NCBI GenBank assembly: GCA_044376115.1
Contig: JBILLK010000003.1
Coordinates: 1-64,000, forward strand
Length of the DNA: 64,000 bases
DNA from: Polyangiaceae bacterium
GTDB taxonomy: Bacteria; Myxococcota_A; Polyangia; Polyangiales; Polyangiaceae
Reading direction: 5' to 3'
Shown here piece by piece: positions 1 to 10,260 of this stretch (positions are counted from its first letter, which is position 1; every line of letters begins with the position of its first letter). A program made the translations under genes and the position numbers. Below the pieces are notes generated by a model, which worked only from the letters and a program-made list of their open reading frames with translations, had not been told where the DNA came from and did not search any database.

Positions 1-1
1 G

Positions 2-1141
2 CTCATGCGAGACCCCGGCGACGAAGGTCGTGCGCAACTCACTGGTGCGGCGGGCTTTGCGCACGCGGGCGTAGAGCAGCCCGGCCAGCCCAAAGCCGAG
101 CAGCACCCCCGTCGCGATCAGCCCGTAGAGCAGCCGTTCCGAAGAAGCACGACGCTCGGCCAGCGTGCGCGGGTTCTTGTGCCGCACAGCCACCCCGAGC
201 GTCTTGTCGAGGCGCGCAAAGCCGATCGGAGCTGTGAGCGATGCGGCTGGCTCTTCGCTGACCATCGTCGCCTCGAAGTTCGCCGACAGCGCGCTGAAGC
301 CGGCTGCGCGCTCTTTCAGCGCCTGCGAGAGGTCGGAGCGCGAGCTCGCCAGCGCTAGCAGCTCGCCGCTCGAAAGCGCGCGAATAACGCCCAGGCTTTC
401 GCCATCCGAGAAGCGCACCACGCCCAAGCTGCGTTGCGCCTCTTTGGCCGCATTGCGCAGCGCGGTCCGCTCAGCGAGCAAGCCGGCTTTGCTTTGTGCG
501 CCGGTATCGTTTGCATGAACCACCATCTCCCCGCGCAGCTTTCCGCTCGCGCGCAGCCCATCGATCTCGCGCGCGGTGATTTGCCGCTCCACCGGGTGGA
601 GCTCCGCACCGTGTTTTCGCAGCCAATCAGCAAGGCGCTGCTCGAGCTCGGCATCGGCTTCTCGTGATAGTTCGTCGAGCGCCAACGCCGGCCACAAGAA
701 GCGCTCGCGGTCGTCTTGCAACAACTCACACTGCGCGAGGATGACTCGCGCGGCTTGCGCGCGGCTTCGACCTAGCTCGGCGCGTGCCGACTTGCATTGC
801 GCAGTGGGCTCCGGCTTTGCTCCCTTCGCGGAGCTGAGCACGCTCAGAGAGGGTGATAGCGATACCAGCGTAAACGGCGGCTCTAACCGCTGGCCCAGTT
901 GCTCCTGTGCGGCCGTTAACTCCGTCTTCTCGTCCAGCGAGGTCAGTTGGTTGCTGCGCTGCTCCAAGGCTTCGCGCACGAGCCCTACGGCTTGCTCGGC
1001 CTCAGCGCTAAGCTCGGTCTTGGCCTCACGCTCGAGCGCGGCCTGCTCGTTCGCGATGGCGCGCTGACCCAAGAAGCCGGTGGCTATGGAAGGGACGAGC
1101 GCCACCAAGAGGATGAGCAGCACTTCATTGCCGGTCCTCAC
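2..1141 (-). CDS. Sensor histidine kinase, 3' end outside window
   Basis: Not in ORF track; hand-translated from GTG at 1141. N-terminal TM (VLLILLVALVPSIATGFLG), long periplasmic region, second TM (LLYGLIATGVLLGFGLAGLLY), then HisKA H-box start FVAGVSHE at the window edge. Confidence 0.88.
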   Translation of the reverse strand, partial: MRTGNEVLLILLVALVPSIATGFLGQRAIANEQAALEREAKTELSAEAEQAVGLVREALEQRSNQLTSLDEKTELTAAQEQLGQRLEPPFTLVSLSPSLSVLSSAKGAKPEPTAQCKSARAELGRSRAQAARVILAQCELLQDDRERFLWPALALDELSREADAELEQRLADWLRKHGAELHPVERQITAREIDGLRASGKLRGEMVVHANDTGAQSKAGLLAERTALRNAAKEAQRSLGVVRFSDGESLGVIRALSSGELLALASSRSDLSQALKERAAGFSALSANFEATMVSEEPAASLTAPIGFARLDKTLGVAVRHKNPRTLAERRASSERLLYGLIATGVLLGFGLAGLLYARVRKARRTSELRTTFVAGVSHE

Positions 1142-1147
1142 GGTGGC

Positions 1148-2107
1148 TCAGCGCGTCAGCATCACAAACTCGACGGCGCCTTGCTCCGTCCAGCCGGCAC
1201 CGACGGGCACCAACGTGAAGCTGCCTTTGTTGATGCCTTTGCTCGCCAGGGCTTTGGCGACCGCATCCAAACGCGCCTTCGCGCCGCTGAGCGGGTCCTT
1301 GTCGTCGGCCGAACCGAAGCCCCATATCTCAAAGCGCTTGGCTTGCTTTAGGCGAGGGGCAAGCTCCTCAATGCTCTTTTGGCCCGCCGCGTCGAGCGCT
1401 GTATCCGCGCCCGCGAACTTGATCTGCTCGTACATCGCCATGCGCTCGGGCTGCATGCAGGAAAGGCAAGGCCGCGGGCCTACCAGCACCGAGTTGGCCG
1501 AATGCTTTTGCCACTCCTGCTCGGCAAGTAGCCCGTACGAGCTCGCGACCTTGGCCCAATGCTCGCTCGCCTTGTTCAACGACTCGGCAGCGAAACGCCT
1601 CTGCTTATCGAAGGTGGTCTGCAGGGCCAGCGGGGAAAGCCCACCGCTGCATAGTCCCGGCTCGAGCGAGCGCAGAGCGTCCTGCGAGGCCTTGAGCTGT
1701 GCACCGAGCTTTCGCCACGCGTCCTTGCAACCAGGCGCGGTGGGAGAACAGAGATCGGGCTCGCCAGTCCAGTACTTCCCGATGGTCTCGAGCGCCAAAT
1801 TGAGCTGCTGCTGGTCGCCCTGCCACTCGGTCTTGATCGAGGCGGGAAGGCTGTCGGCCTGAGGTGTCTTGGGAGCGCTCTTCAGCTGCTCGGTCCAAGC
1901 CGGAAGCGGGGCGATCGGCGTGGTTGGTGCAGCGCTCGTCGCCGAGGTCGCGGGGGCCGCCGAGGCCGAGGGCAAGACTACCACCGAGCTCTCGGGAGCG
2001 ACGGGCTCCGAGGGCGTTGCTGGTGCGCACTGAAAGCCGGCCAGGGCCGAAGAAACGAGCAGCGCTCTACGGGCGAGAATTGCAGCCCTGTCCGACGGTT
2101 CAGTCAT
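1148..2107 (-). CDS. OmpA-like C-terminal domain (lipo)protein
   Basis: Likely ATG at 2107. ILARRALLVSSALAGFQC leader, Pro/Ala linker, OmpA-like C-terminus (IKFAGADTALD...EIWGF...ARLDAVAKALASKGI). Confidence 0.7.
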   Translation of the reverse strand: MTEPSDRAAILARRALLVSSALAGFQCAPATPSEPVAPESSVVVLPSASAAPATSATSAAPTTPIAPLPAWTEQLKSAPKTPQADSLPASIKTEWQGDQQQLNLALETIGKYWTGEPDLCSPTAPGCKDAWRKLGAQLKASQDALRSLEPGLCSGGLSPLALQTTFDKQRRFAAESLNKASEHWAKVASSYGLLAEQEWQKHSANSVLVGPRPCLSCMQPERMAMYEQIKFAGADTALDAAGQKSIEELAPRLKQAKRFEIWGFGSADDKDPLSGAKARLDAVAKALASKGINKGSFTLVPVGAGWTEQGAVEFVMLTR

Positions 2108-2149
2108 GACGGCAGGGTAACACCTCCAGCCGGTCATCGGTCCAGGATG

Positions 2150-2174
2150 CCAAATGCAACAGAGTTGCATTTGG
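2150..2174. promoter_or_regulatory. Perfect palindromic operator CCAAATGCAAC-AGA-GTTGCATTTGG, putative Zur/Fur-family box
   Basis: Perfect 11-bp inverted repeat with 3-nt spacer, AT-rich in a GC-rich genome, 25 bp upstream of a TonB-dependent receptor operon. Confidence 0.75.
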
Positions 2175-2199
2175 GATCTCGGCGAGCTACGTAGCGCAG

Positions 2200-4695
2200 G
2201 TGTGCCATCATCGTCATCTCGCCATGGCCTGCTTCGCCGCGCTCACGCCGGCAGCGGCCTTCGCTGGGGAGCCCGGCGAGACGAGCGAACCGGCGCACTT
2301 GGCCCCGGCCTCGGAGGCTGATTCGCCGCCGCAGATAGTCGACCGCAAAGACCCGGAGTACCCCGCGCGCAGGCTCAACGAGGAACATGGGGAACACGCC
2401 CGTCTGCCCGAGCTCGACGTCGAGGTCGAGGTCACGCTCGATGCTGCAGGCAAATTGGTGGACGCACGCATCCTGGTTTCCGGCGGTGCAGACTTCGATG
2501 AATCAGCGCTGAGCGCCGTGCGCGCTTGGTCCTACAAGCCTGCGGTGAAGGCCGGCGTCGCCGTGCCCAGCGTCTTTCACATTCCCATCCACTTCGAGCC
2601 GCCGCCGCATGAAGAGCCGGTGACGGTCGACATCATCGGCCGCAAAGCCGCACCGTCGCGCGGGATCTCCGATTACCGCATTCCGGTCGGCGCACTGGCG
2701 CGCGTTCCGCGCAAGAGCGCCGCCGACTATTTGCGTCTTTCACCCAGCGTCTTCTTGCTCAAAGACGGTGGTGGTGAGGGCCACGCCGATCGCATCTATC
2801 TGCGCGGCTTCGACGCGCGCGAGGGCCAAGACATCGAGCTCTCGATCGATGGCATCCCGGTCAATGAGAGCGTCAACTATCACGGCGCCGGCTTCGCCGA
2901 TCTGAACGGGATGATCCCTGAGCTCGTTAGCTCGGTCAGGGTGCTGCAAGGCCCCTTCGATCCGCGGCAGGGCAATTATGCAGTAGCCGGCAGCGCCGAC
3001 TACGCCACAGGCTTGGCCGACCGCGGGCTCACTGCCAAGGTCACCTACGGCTCGTTCAATACCTTTCGCTTCCTCGGTTTGTGGGGACCGGCCGAGGAGA
3101 GCGAACGCACCTACGCTGGGGCTGAGGTTTATCGCACAGAGGGCTTCGGCCAGAATCGCGAGGCCTGGCGCGCACGGGCGATGGGTCAATATGAAGGTAG
3201 GCTGGGAGATGCGGCCAGCTTCCGCATCTCGGCGCTCGGTTATGCCACGCAATACCAGAGCGCCGGCGTGCTCCGCGAATCGGACGTCGCCTCGGGTAAG
3301 AAGGATTTCTACGATACCAATGACCGCAATCAGGGCGGTAGCGCCATGCGCTTTCACCTGGGCTTCGACGTCGAGGCGCGCCAATCCGATACTGTGTTTG
3401 GCGTTCAGACCTTTGGCATCTTTCGCTCGATGCGTTTGCTCGAGAACTTCACCGGCTTTCTTTTGGATGAACAGCTCGGTCGGCAAAAGCCCCACGGCCA
3501 GCGCGGCGATCTGCTGGATTTAGGCGTTACGGCTGGCACCTTCGGCGTGCGCAGCTTTGCGCGGCACAGCTTCAAGTTCCTGGACCTCGCACAGGAAGCG
3601 GAACTCGGCCTGTTCACCCGTGGTGACATGGGCTCCAACCTGCAACAAAGGGTCGCTCGCTCAGGGGACGTACCCTACAAGACCGAGGCCGATTTCGACT
3701 CCAAGCTCGCCAACATCGGCCTGTACGCCGACGTCGCTATGCGCTTCCTACCGTGGCTGGTCTTGCGCGGTGGCATACGGGCCGACCTATACGCCTATGA
3801 CGTCCAAGACAACTGTGCGATCAAAGACGTATCCCGGCCCCCGGAGGAGAACCCACCTGGCGACGATAGCTGCTTATCGATGCAGCGCTTCGGGGACTAC
3901 CGGGAGCCCAACCAACGTTCAACTACCGCGTCGATCTTGCCGTTGCCGCGCGTGACCGCCGTCGCCGGCCCGTTCACCGGCTTTAGCTTCTCTGCCTCGT
4001 ATGGCCGGGGTGCGCGCTCGGTTGACCCGAGCTACATCAGTGACAGCGTGGATACCCCGTTTGCCGAGATCGACTCGTGGGATCTTGGCGTCGGCTATGG
4101 CCGCAGCTTCGTGGATTTTACGCTCACCGTGTCCAACGCCTTCTTCGTTACTCACGTCACCAAGGATCAGATCTTCAACGAGACGGAAGGCCGTAACACC
4201 TTGGCGGAAGGCACCACGCGCGCCGGCTGGTCGATCGGTGGAAGGCTGGTCGGGGACTTCTTCGACACCAACCTCAACGCTTCGCTCGTGCAGTCGCGCT
4301 TCGACGATACCGGTCTATTGGTGCCCTACGTGCCCGACGTGATCGTGCGCAGTGATTCAGCGCTGTTTCACGATCTCTTCGATCTCGATGGCTCTCCGGT
4401 CAAAGGGCGTGCGGGCCTCGGCGGCTCCTTCGTTGGCAGGCGCGCCTTGCCCTACGGTCAGCGCAGTGACGTCATCTTCCTGCTCGATGCATCGGCCTCG
4501 ATGGCCTGGCGCTTCCTCGAGTTCGAGCTGACCGGCACTAACTTGGCCAACCTGGATGTCAAACAAGCCGAGTTCAATTACGTCTCCGACTTCGACTCGA
4601 GCAATCCGGCCAACCTTGTAGCTGCACGTCACTTCGCTGCTGGGGCGCCGCTCGGTGTGTTCGGAACGCTCTCAGCGACGCTTGGAGGTGGCTGA
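2200..4695 (+). CDS. TonB-dependent outer membrane receptor with fused N-terminal TonB C-terminal domain
   Basis: Signal peptide; TonB_C-like segment (PEYP...FDESALSAVRAWSYKPA...VPS); plug motif (IYLRGFD...IDGIPVN...VRVLQGP); beta-barrel-type C-terminus. Confidence 0.9.
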   Translation: MCHHRHLAMACFAALTPAAAFAGEPGETSEPAHLAPASEADSPPQIVDRKDPEYPARRLNEEHGEHARLPELDVEVEVTLDAAGKLVDARILVSGGADFDESALSAVRAWSYKPAVKAGVAVPSVFHIPIHFEPPPHEEPVTVDIIGRKAAPSRGISDYRIPVGALARVPRKSAADYLRLSPSVFLLKDGGGEGHADRIYLRGFDAREGQDIELSIDGIPVNESVNYHGAGFADLNGMIPELVSSVRVLQGPFDPRQGNYAVAGSADYATGLADRGLTAKVTYGSFNTFRFLGLWGPAEESERTYAGAEVYRTEGFGQNREAWRARAMGQYEGRLGDAASFRISALGYATQYQSAGVLRESDVASGKKDFYDTNDRNQGGSAMRFHLGFDVEARQSDTVFGVQTFGIFRSMRLLENFTGFLLDEQLGRQKPHGQRGDLLDLGVTAGTFGVRSFARHSFKFLDLAQEAELGLFTRGDMGSNLQQRVARSGDVPYKTEADFDSKLANIGLYADVAMRFLPWLVLRGGIRADLYAYDVQDNCAIKDVSRPPEENPPGDDSCLSMQRFGDYREPNQRSTTASILPLPRVTAVAGPFTGFSFSASYGRGARSVDPSYISDSVDTPFAEIDSWDLGVGYGRSFVDFTLTVSNAFFVTHVTKDQIFNETEGRNTLAEGTTRAGWSIGGRLVGDFFDTNLNASLVQSRFDDTGLLVPYVPDVIVRSDSALFHDLFDLDGSPVKGRAGLGGSFVGRRALPYGQRSDVIFLLDASASMAWRFLEFELTGTNLANLDVKQAEFNYVSDFDSSNPANLVAARHFAAGAPLGVFGTLSATLGGG

Positions 4696-5519
4696 TGAAG
4701 CGGAGTAGTAAGCACGCCTTCGCGATGCTCGCTGGCCTTGCGCTCAGCAGCTTTGCTGGCGCTAGTTGCATTGGCACCACCGGCGGCGACTTGCTTGAGT
4801 TTGAAGCGTATGTGGCAGGCGCCGAAGGGGCAGCCAACGGCCAATACACCTTCAGCAATGACCGCGGCTTCGAGGTGACGCTTAGCAAAGCGACGTTGCA
4901 CCTGGGGGCGATCTACCTCAACCAATCGGTGCCTACCTCCGTAGCTTCGGATACGAGCTGTGCGCTCGCCGGCATCTACGTGGCGGAGGTCTTTGCCGGG
5001 ATTGACCTGGACGCGCTCGACCCCAAGCCCCAGCTACTGCCCAATCTTGGTATCGCTAACACGGACACCGCCCGCACCGCCGAGGTTTGGCTCAGCAGCG
5101 GAGACATTAACGCCCCCAGTGACCCAACGGTGGTTGCAGAGGTGGAGGGCGTGGCCAGCAAGGCCGGGGAGGAGTATCCGTTTAGCGGCCGTATTACGAT
5201 CAGCAAGAACCGCGCGCCCGTAGCCACCGATCCGGCGCTGCCTGGCTCTAAGCCGATCTGCAAACAGCGCATCGTTACGCCGATATCTGTCGAGCTCACC
5301 CCGAGCCAAGGCGGTGAACTCCACCTGCGGGTAGACCCGGCGGGGTGGTTTGGCAACGTGGACTTTGCCGAGCTCGAGCTGATGGACCAATCCCCGCCCC
5401 GTTACGAGTTTCAAGACGACGATAGTGATGCACCGAGTCGCAATCTTTATGCAGGTATCCGGGCCAACTCCGGAGTTTATTCGATTGAATGGCACGCAGG
5501 TGCCGACGCTGACGACTAA
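4695..5519 (+). CDS. Hypothetical lipoprotein in TonB-receptor operon
   Basis: Stop/start overlap with receptor (TGATG); signal peptide ending AGASC. Confidence 0.75.
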   Translation: MKRSSKHAFAMLAGLALSSFAGASCIGTTGGDLLEFEAYVAGAEGAANGQYTFSNDRGFEVTLSKATLHLGAIYLNQSVPTSVASDTSCALAGIYVAEVFAGIDLDALDPKPQLLPNLGIANTDTARTAEVWLSSGDINAPSDPTVVAEVEGVASKAGEEYPFSGRITISKNRAPVATDPALPGSKPICKQRIVTPISVELTPSQGGELHLRVDPAGWFGNVDFAELELMDQSPPRYEFQDDDSDAPSRNLYAGIRANSGVYSIEWHAGADADD

Positions 5520-5539
5520 CTATTAACTAAAGGTAGATC

Positions 5540-6709
5540 ATGAAAAAGCTCAGTGCACTTGTGCTGCTGGCCGCGGGAGCCATTGCTTGCGGTGATGACG
5601 CTGGAACTGGCGGGTCCGGTGGCTCTGGGGGAGCTGGCGGCGGCGAGAGCGGCACCATTCAGGTGCAAATCTCAGGGGAAGAGGCAGGAACCGACGGCTT
5701 TCTGTTTCCCACCGGCAGTGAGGTGTCCTTCAGCGACGGTTGGGAGCTCAAGTTTGACCATGTGTTTCTGACGGTCGGCAGCGTCACCATCAGCGAGAAC
5801 CCCGATACGGCGCCGGCCGATCAAAGTCAGACGGGCGAGGCTGTGGCCAAGGCTGAAGGGCCCTGGGCTGTGGACCTGGCGATTGAAGGGACGGTCGCTG
5901 GTGCAGGTGGTGAAGGAACGGCTGTGCCGTTGACCAGCATCACCGGGCAAAATCTCAAGGGCGATGCACCGTTTGCGACTGATCAACGGTATGCCTTTGG
6001 CTTCGAGACGGTGGCAGCGGATGCGGCGGCCACCAAGGTCAACTTCGCCGATGATGAAGCCGCAAGCGCAGCTTATGACGCCGCGGCGGCTCAAGGTTGC
6101 ACCGTGCTCTACGTTGGAACGGCGACCTTCAAGGGCACCGATTGTCAGGTATCCGACGAGGCCTACGACTTTACGGCCATCCCCAGCGAGGTACCGTTCA
6201 GCCTCTGCTTCAAGACGCCAGCGCGCTATTTGAACTGTCAGAACCAGGACAACCAGGGAGACCCGTTCCCGGATGAAGAGTATCAGCGCGGGCTATCGAT
6301 CAAGGCCAACGAGGCCACCACGGCTCAGCTAACGATGCACCTCGAGCACGCGTGGTACTCCGACGTCGAGCATGAGCCGCTCATCTACTTCGATCAGTAC
6401 GCAGCTCAACTAGTCGGCAAGCCCGCGGGTACCGAGCTAACCGTGGAGGACTTAGTCGGCGTGGATCCGTCCGCATTTACCGATGGTTCGGGCGCCGCGT
6501 TGCCTTGGCGTAGTTGTGACGGTTCCGCTGTTCCCAACGGGGATCGCAACTTCCCCGCCGGGTCGATCCCGGTCGGTCCCGGACAAGACCCGAGCGAGGG
6601 CTTCCGCGACTATGCCGACTACGCAGCGTACGTCCTCAGCACCCTCGGCCATTTGAACGGCGGCGAAGGTCTCTGTTACGTGGACCGGGATTATCCGTCC
6701 CCGCAGTGA
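5540..6709 (+). CDS. Hypothetical acidic lipoprotein in TonB-receptor operon
   Basis: MKKLSALVLLAAGAIAC lipobox, Gly linker, several Cys, HLEH motif; AAGG RBS. Confidence 0.82.
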   Translation: MKKLSALVLLAAGAIACGDDAGTGGSGGSGGAGGGESGTIQVQISGEEAGTDGFLFPTGSEVSFSDGWELKFDHVFLTVGSVTISENPDTAPADQSQTGEAVAKAEGPWAVDLAIEGTVAGAGGEGTAVPLTSITGQNLKGDAPFATDQRYAFGFETVAADAAATKVNFADDEAASAAYDAAAAQGCTVLYVGTATFKGTDCQVSDEAYDFTAIPSEVPFSLCFKTPARYLNCQNQDNQGDPFPDEEYQRGLSIKANEATTAQLTMHLEHAWYSDVEHEPLIYFDQYAAQLVGKPAGTELTVEDLVGVDPSAFTDGSGAALPWRSCDGSAVPNGDRNFPAGSIPVGPGQDPSEGFRDYADYAAYVLSTLGHLNGGEGLCYVDRDYPSPQ

Positions 6710-6825
6710 GCTTGGGCAGGCCCGGGAACGCCTAGAAGACGCCGTGCCCAACGTCGCAGGGTGACGCTGGCTCGGCGCGCTTGGGCGAAGGCTTGGCTGC
6801 GCGCCTCATGTCCGACACGACTGAA

Positions 6826-7326
6826 TCAGTCGAGGAACGCTGGGGCGGACACCTCCACGTTCTCCGTCGGCACGTTCCGCTTCTTGAGTTCTAGTAAGAG
6901 CAGCTCGAAGCCTTGGGCCGACTCGGGGACTCGAACGCGCTCTTTCCCGTCTGGTCCGAAGAGTTGGAGCGCCGCCTCAACCAGCGTTGACTCGGTCCAG
7001 TTCGAGTTTTGCGCAAAACGGGCACGCTTTACCTCTCTCCAGGGGACGCCCCTTGTGGTCGCGCCTCGAACGAGCACCACGGACGTCTCACTCAGCTGTA
7101 CAGCGCTCAACGTCCGACCGCGGATCGCTAGGCCTTGCCGTCGTGCCAAAAACATCCACGGGATAAGGACCAACGGAAAGACCAGCGGCCAGAGTACGAG
7201 GCCAGAGACCACACCGATGCGCAGCCAACGCGGAACGTTCTCGCTGAAAACGACAAAGAAGAACAGCGCAGAAAGGACAACAATGGTTGCTGCTTCTCCC
7301 AATGAGTAGCGGAATCCCTTCAGCAC
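6826..7326 (-). CDS. Hypothetical membrane protein (two TM helices plus soluble domain)
   Basis: Two N-terminal hydrophobic segments; fills the gap between neighbouring genes. Confidence 0.65.
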   Translation of the reverse strand: MLKGFRYSLGEAATIVVLSALFFFVVFSENVPRWLRIGVVSGLVLWPLVFPLVLIPWMFLARRQGLAIRGRTLSAVQLSETSVVLVRGATTRGVPWREVKRARFAQNSNWTESTLVEAALQLFGPDGKERVRVPESAQGFELLLLELKKRNVPTENVEVSAPAFLD

Positions 7327-7385
7327 AGAGACCCTCTAGGTGCGGCGGTTCATCCGAGCAAGTCCGCACCACTGGGGCTCAGGAG

Positions 7386-10232
7386 CTACCCCACGCTGCC
7401 GAGTACCATCGGCGCCGCGACGCGGTAGCCGTCGTCGGTGCGCACGAGCCATCTCGGCTTGGCCGGATCGAGCTCGAGCACGTGCCGTAGTCGATGCATC
7501 GCGACCTGCATTCGTTTGTCGTCGCGCGCTGGATGGTACTTGGTGACGCCCCAGGCTGCGACAGCGAGCTCGGCCTTGCTCGCGGCGCCGCCCGCACGAA
7601 ACAGGACCTCGAGGATCTTCAGATGCAGCGGCGCGCTCGCGAGGTCGACGACCGCGCCCGATGGTAAGGCCACGCGTTTGCCGAGCACGTCGAGCACGAG
7701 CGCGTCGGCGCGGGCCTGCCCTGCGACGATCGCTGCGACCACCTTCTGATCGAGCGCATCGAGTGCGCTGGGTCGGCCCATCAGCGCCGCTGCGCGTCGC
7801 TTCGCGACCGGACTCGACGCGTCGCTCACTCCGTCGCAGAGTCTTGCGAGCTCGGCCGGCGAGCCTGCTTCGGAAAGCGCCCAATGAGCGAGCGCTGCTT
7901 CCGCGCGAAAGCGTGACGAGCCGAGCACTGTCGCCAGACGTTCGAGTTCGAGCGCCGTCGCGGCGGCCGCCTGTTTCGACGCCGCATCCCGCGTCACAGC
8001 CGCAGCTAGCAACTGCGCATCGAGTTTGAGCGCGAGCAGCAGTAGCTCCTCCAGGCGAAGCCCCTGGCCCCGCGCGATCGTGAGGCCGGCGTCGCTTCGC
8101 GAGGCAGCCTCTTCGGGCGCGTTCTCGAAGAGCGCAAGTTCGGCGTGTGCTCGCAGCACGACCAGCTCGACCTCCGGCATGGTCGAGCCCCGCGTGGGTA
8201 CCTCGCACGGCTCCCCTCGACGTAACAGCGCCAGCGCACGCCAAGCCGCAACGAGCGTGACATTATCGCCCTCCAGACCTCGCTCCGGCGCGCGTACCGG
8301 CACTGTGTTCATGAGCAACGCCGTGTTCACGTGCGCGCCATAGAGGTACACGACGAAGTCAGGCACGACGGCCATCCGTTCATCCGCGAGGTACGCGCGC
8401 GCGTCACTGTCGAGCTCGTCGTGCGGTCCGAACGCAGCGCGTAGACGCAGACTGTTGTAACGGACCGCGAAGCGCAGCGAGAGCGACTCATCCTCGAGCA
8501 GGTGCGCGTGTTCGAGGATCCGCCGCGCGAGCTCAGCATGTCCTCGTTCGGTTGCCATCGCGAGCGTTGCAAATACGGTCGGTGCGGGGGCGCCGATCGC
8601 CGGCTCGGTCACGCCAAGCAGCCGCTCGAGATCGGCGAAACGAGTGGCCGCGAGCAGCGCTCCGACGAGCGCGACGCGGAGCCTGAGACGGCCGGGTTCG
8701 GGCAGACGTTGGCTGGCCTCGAGCGCCGCCGATAGGCGAACTCCGGCCTCCTCGCTCCGCCCCAGGCGCGAGAGCGCCGTTGATATGCGCAGGTCCCGAC
8801 TCGCCCGGAGCGTCGGGTCTGCAGGCTCGACGCGCTCGAGCACGGCCAGCGCGCGCGTTGGTGCACCCGACCAGCTGAGGATGTCACCGTACAGCAGCAG
8901 TGCCGTGTCACGCACTTCGCTCGCCGACGGATCTTCCACGAGCGCAAGCACGCTGCGCTCGCTCGTTGCGACGTCCCCGCCGTGCGCCAGAATCTGGCAC
9001 CAACGCAAGCGATCGTGAGGCGCTCGGGGCTCAGCTTGCGCGCGCGCCCATCCGAGCGAGCGGCCGGAAAGCAGGGCGTGCGCCACGTGCAGTGCGTGCG
9101 AAAAGAACGCCGCTGCACCTTCGCCGAGCTCCGGCACCAGCACGTCGAACAGGGCCTCGGCGTAGCCATGCGCCATCAGTGACTCGATGTGGGCCTCGAG
9201 CAGCGAGCAGACGCGCGTCTCATCGCCGAGCGCGGCTGCGAGCCGCACAGCATCGAATACGGCTGCTGGCCGCGGATCGGCCAGCGCGATCGCAAGCGCC
9301 GTGCGTCTCGCCGAGCTCACCTCTTCGGCGGGAGCACGCAGGAGTGCACGGAGGTTGGGCACGACGCGAACCCCGAGCGGACCCCACTCGACAAAGCCGT
9401 AGTCGAAGAGCTCCGCCGCGAGCGCCTCTGTCTCGGCGTCAGTCGGCGCCCGGACCGGTACGTCGAGTTCTGCGAGCGCGTGCGCAAGTTGCCGCGTCTC
9501 TACGCGGAGGCCCATGGCGATCGAGCGCCGTACGTCGATCCCGAGCGCATGCTGACGTGCGAGGCGCGGTGAACCGGCTGCGCTCTCGACCACCGCGCGC
9601 ACACGCTCGCCTTCGAGGCTCGGGCGCACTTTGAGAGCGATGCTCTCGATCGTCGCGTTGTCGAGTGGCTCGAGCGTCAACACACGCTCGACCAAGTCGT
9701 CGTGACGCGGACGTCGCCGCGTGGTCACCACCACGCGCGCACGCCGAGCTCTCCTCGCGAGCGCGAGCAACAGCACATCGACGAGCGACTCCTCGAGCTC
9801 GTGCAGGTCCTCGAGCACGATCGGCACGGTCACCCGCTCCATCGCGGCTGCGATGCCGAGCATCAGCGCCACGCTCTCTCCTGGGCGCACCGCGTCCTCG
9901 AAGGTCACCCCCGTCTCGCCCGCGATCTGCCGCCCCAGCTCGGCGAGGAAGGCAGCTCCGCCGCCGAAATCGGCCGCCGAGAGGACGATTGCTTCGCTGA
10001 CGCGCGCCTTGCTCAGCGCCGAAAGCACGAGCCCGGTCTTGCCGAGGCCGGGCGCGCCCCACACGATCGTCAGCGGGTTCGCGCGCAACCGCCCCACCAG
10101 CGTAGCGAGCTCGGAGGCGCGACCCTCGAAGAGCTCAGGAGGATTGGGCGGCGCCGCGGCGAAACGCTTCACGCTGCGGCGGAGCCTAGAGGGCTTCCTA
10201 CGGTTTGTCACGCAGGCCCAAACCCGTGGCAA
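7386..10232 (-). CDS. STAND-like NTPase/helical-repeat regulator with C-terminal OmpR-type winged helix
   Basis: Walker A GAPGLGKT, Walker B IVLEDLH, helical middle, C-terminal Trans_reg_C-like (LKILEVL...AWG...VAMHRLRHVLELDPAKPRWLVRTDDGY). True start may be GTG 10211 or 10172. Confidence 0.85.
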   Translation of the reverse strand: MPRVWACVTNRRKPSRLRRSVKRFAAAPPNPPELFEGRASELATLVGRLRANPLTIVWGAPGLGKTGLVLSALSKARVSEAIVLSAADFGGGAAFLAELGRQIAGETGVTFEDAVRPGESVALMLGIAAAMERVTVPIVLEDLHELEESLVDVLLLALARRARRARVVVTTRRRPRHDDLVERVLTLEPLDNATIESIALKVRPSLEGERVRAVVESAAGSPRLARQHALGIDVRRSIAMGLRVETRQLAHALAELDVPVRAPTDAETEALAAELFDYGFVEWGPLGVRVVPNLRALLRAPAEEVSSARRTALAIALADPRPAAVFDAVRLAAALGDETRVCSLLEAHIESLMAHGYAEALFDVLVPELGEGAAAFFSHALHVAHALLSGRSLGWARAQAEPRAPHDRLRWCQILAHGGDVATSERSVLALVEDPSASEVRDTALLLYGDILSWSGAPTRALAVLERVEPADPTLRASRDLRISTALSRLGRSEEAGVRLSAALEASQRLPEPGRLRLRVALVGALLAATRFADLERLLGVTEPAIGAPAPTVFATLAMATERGHAELARRILEHAHLLEDESLSLRFAVRYNSLRLRAAFGPHDELDSDARAYLADERMAVVPDFVVYLYGAHVNTALLMNTVPVRAPERGLEGDNVTLVAAWRALALLRRGEPCEVPTRGSTMPEVELVVLRAHAELALFENAPEEAASRSDAGLTIARGQGLRLEELLLLALKLDAQLLAAAVTRDAASKQAAAATALELERLATVLGSSRFRAEAALAHWALSEAGSPAELARLCDGVSDASSPVAKRRAAALMGRPSALDALDQKVVAAIVAGQARADALVLDVLGKRVALPSGAVVDLASAPLHLKILEVLFRAGGAASKAELAVAAWGVTKYHPARDDKRMQVAMHRLRHVLELDPAKPRWLVRTDDGYRVAAPMVLGSVG

Positions 10233-10260
10233 GCGCGCGCCTTCCCGCGTCCTTCACGAT

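Noticed and set aside
2108..2199. Cobalamin riboswitch ahead of the TonB-dependent receptor
   Set aside because: The gap is only 92 nt with no B12-box; the palindrome is better explained as a protein operator.
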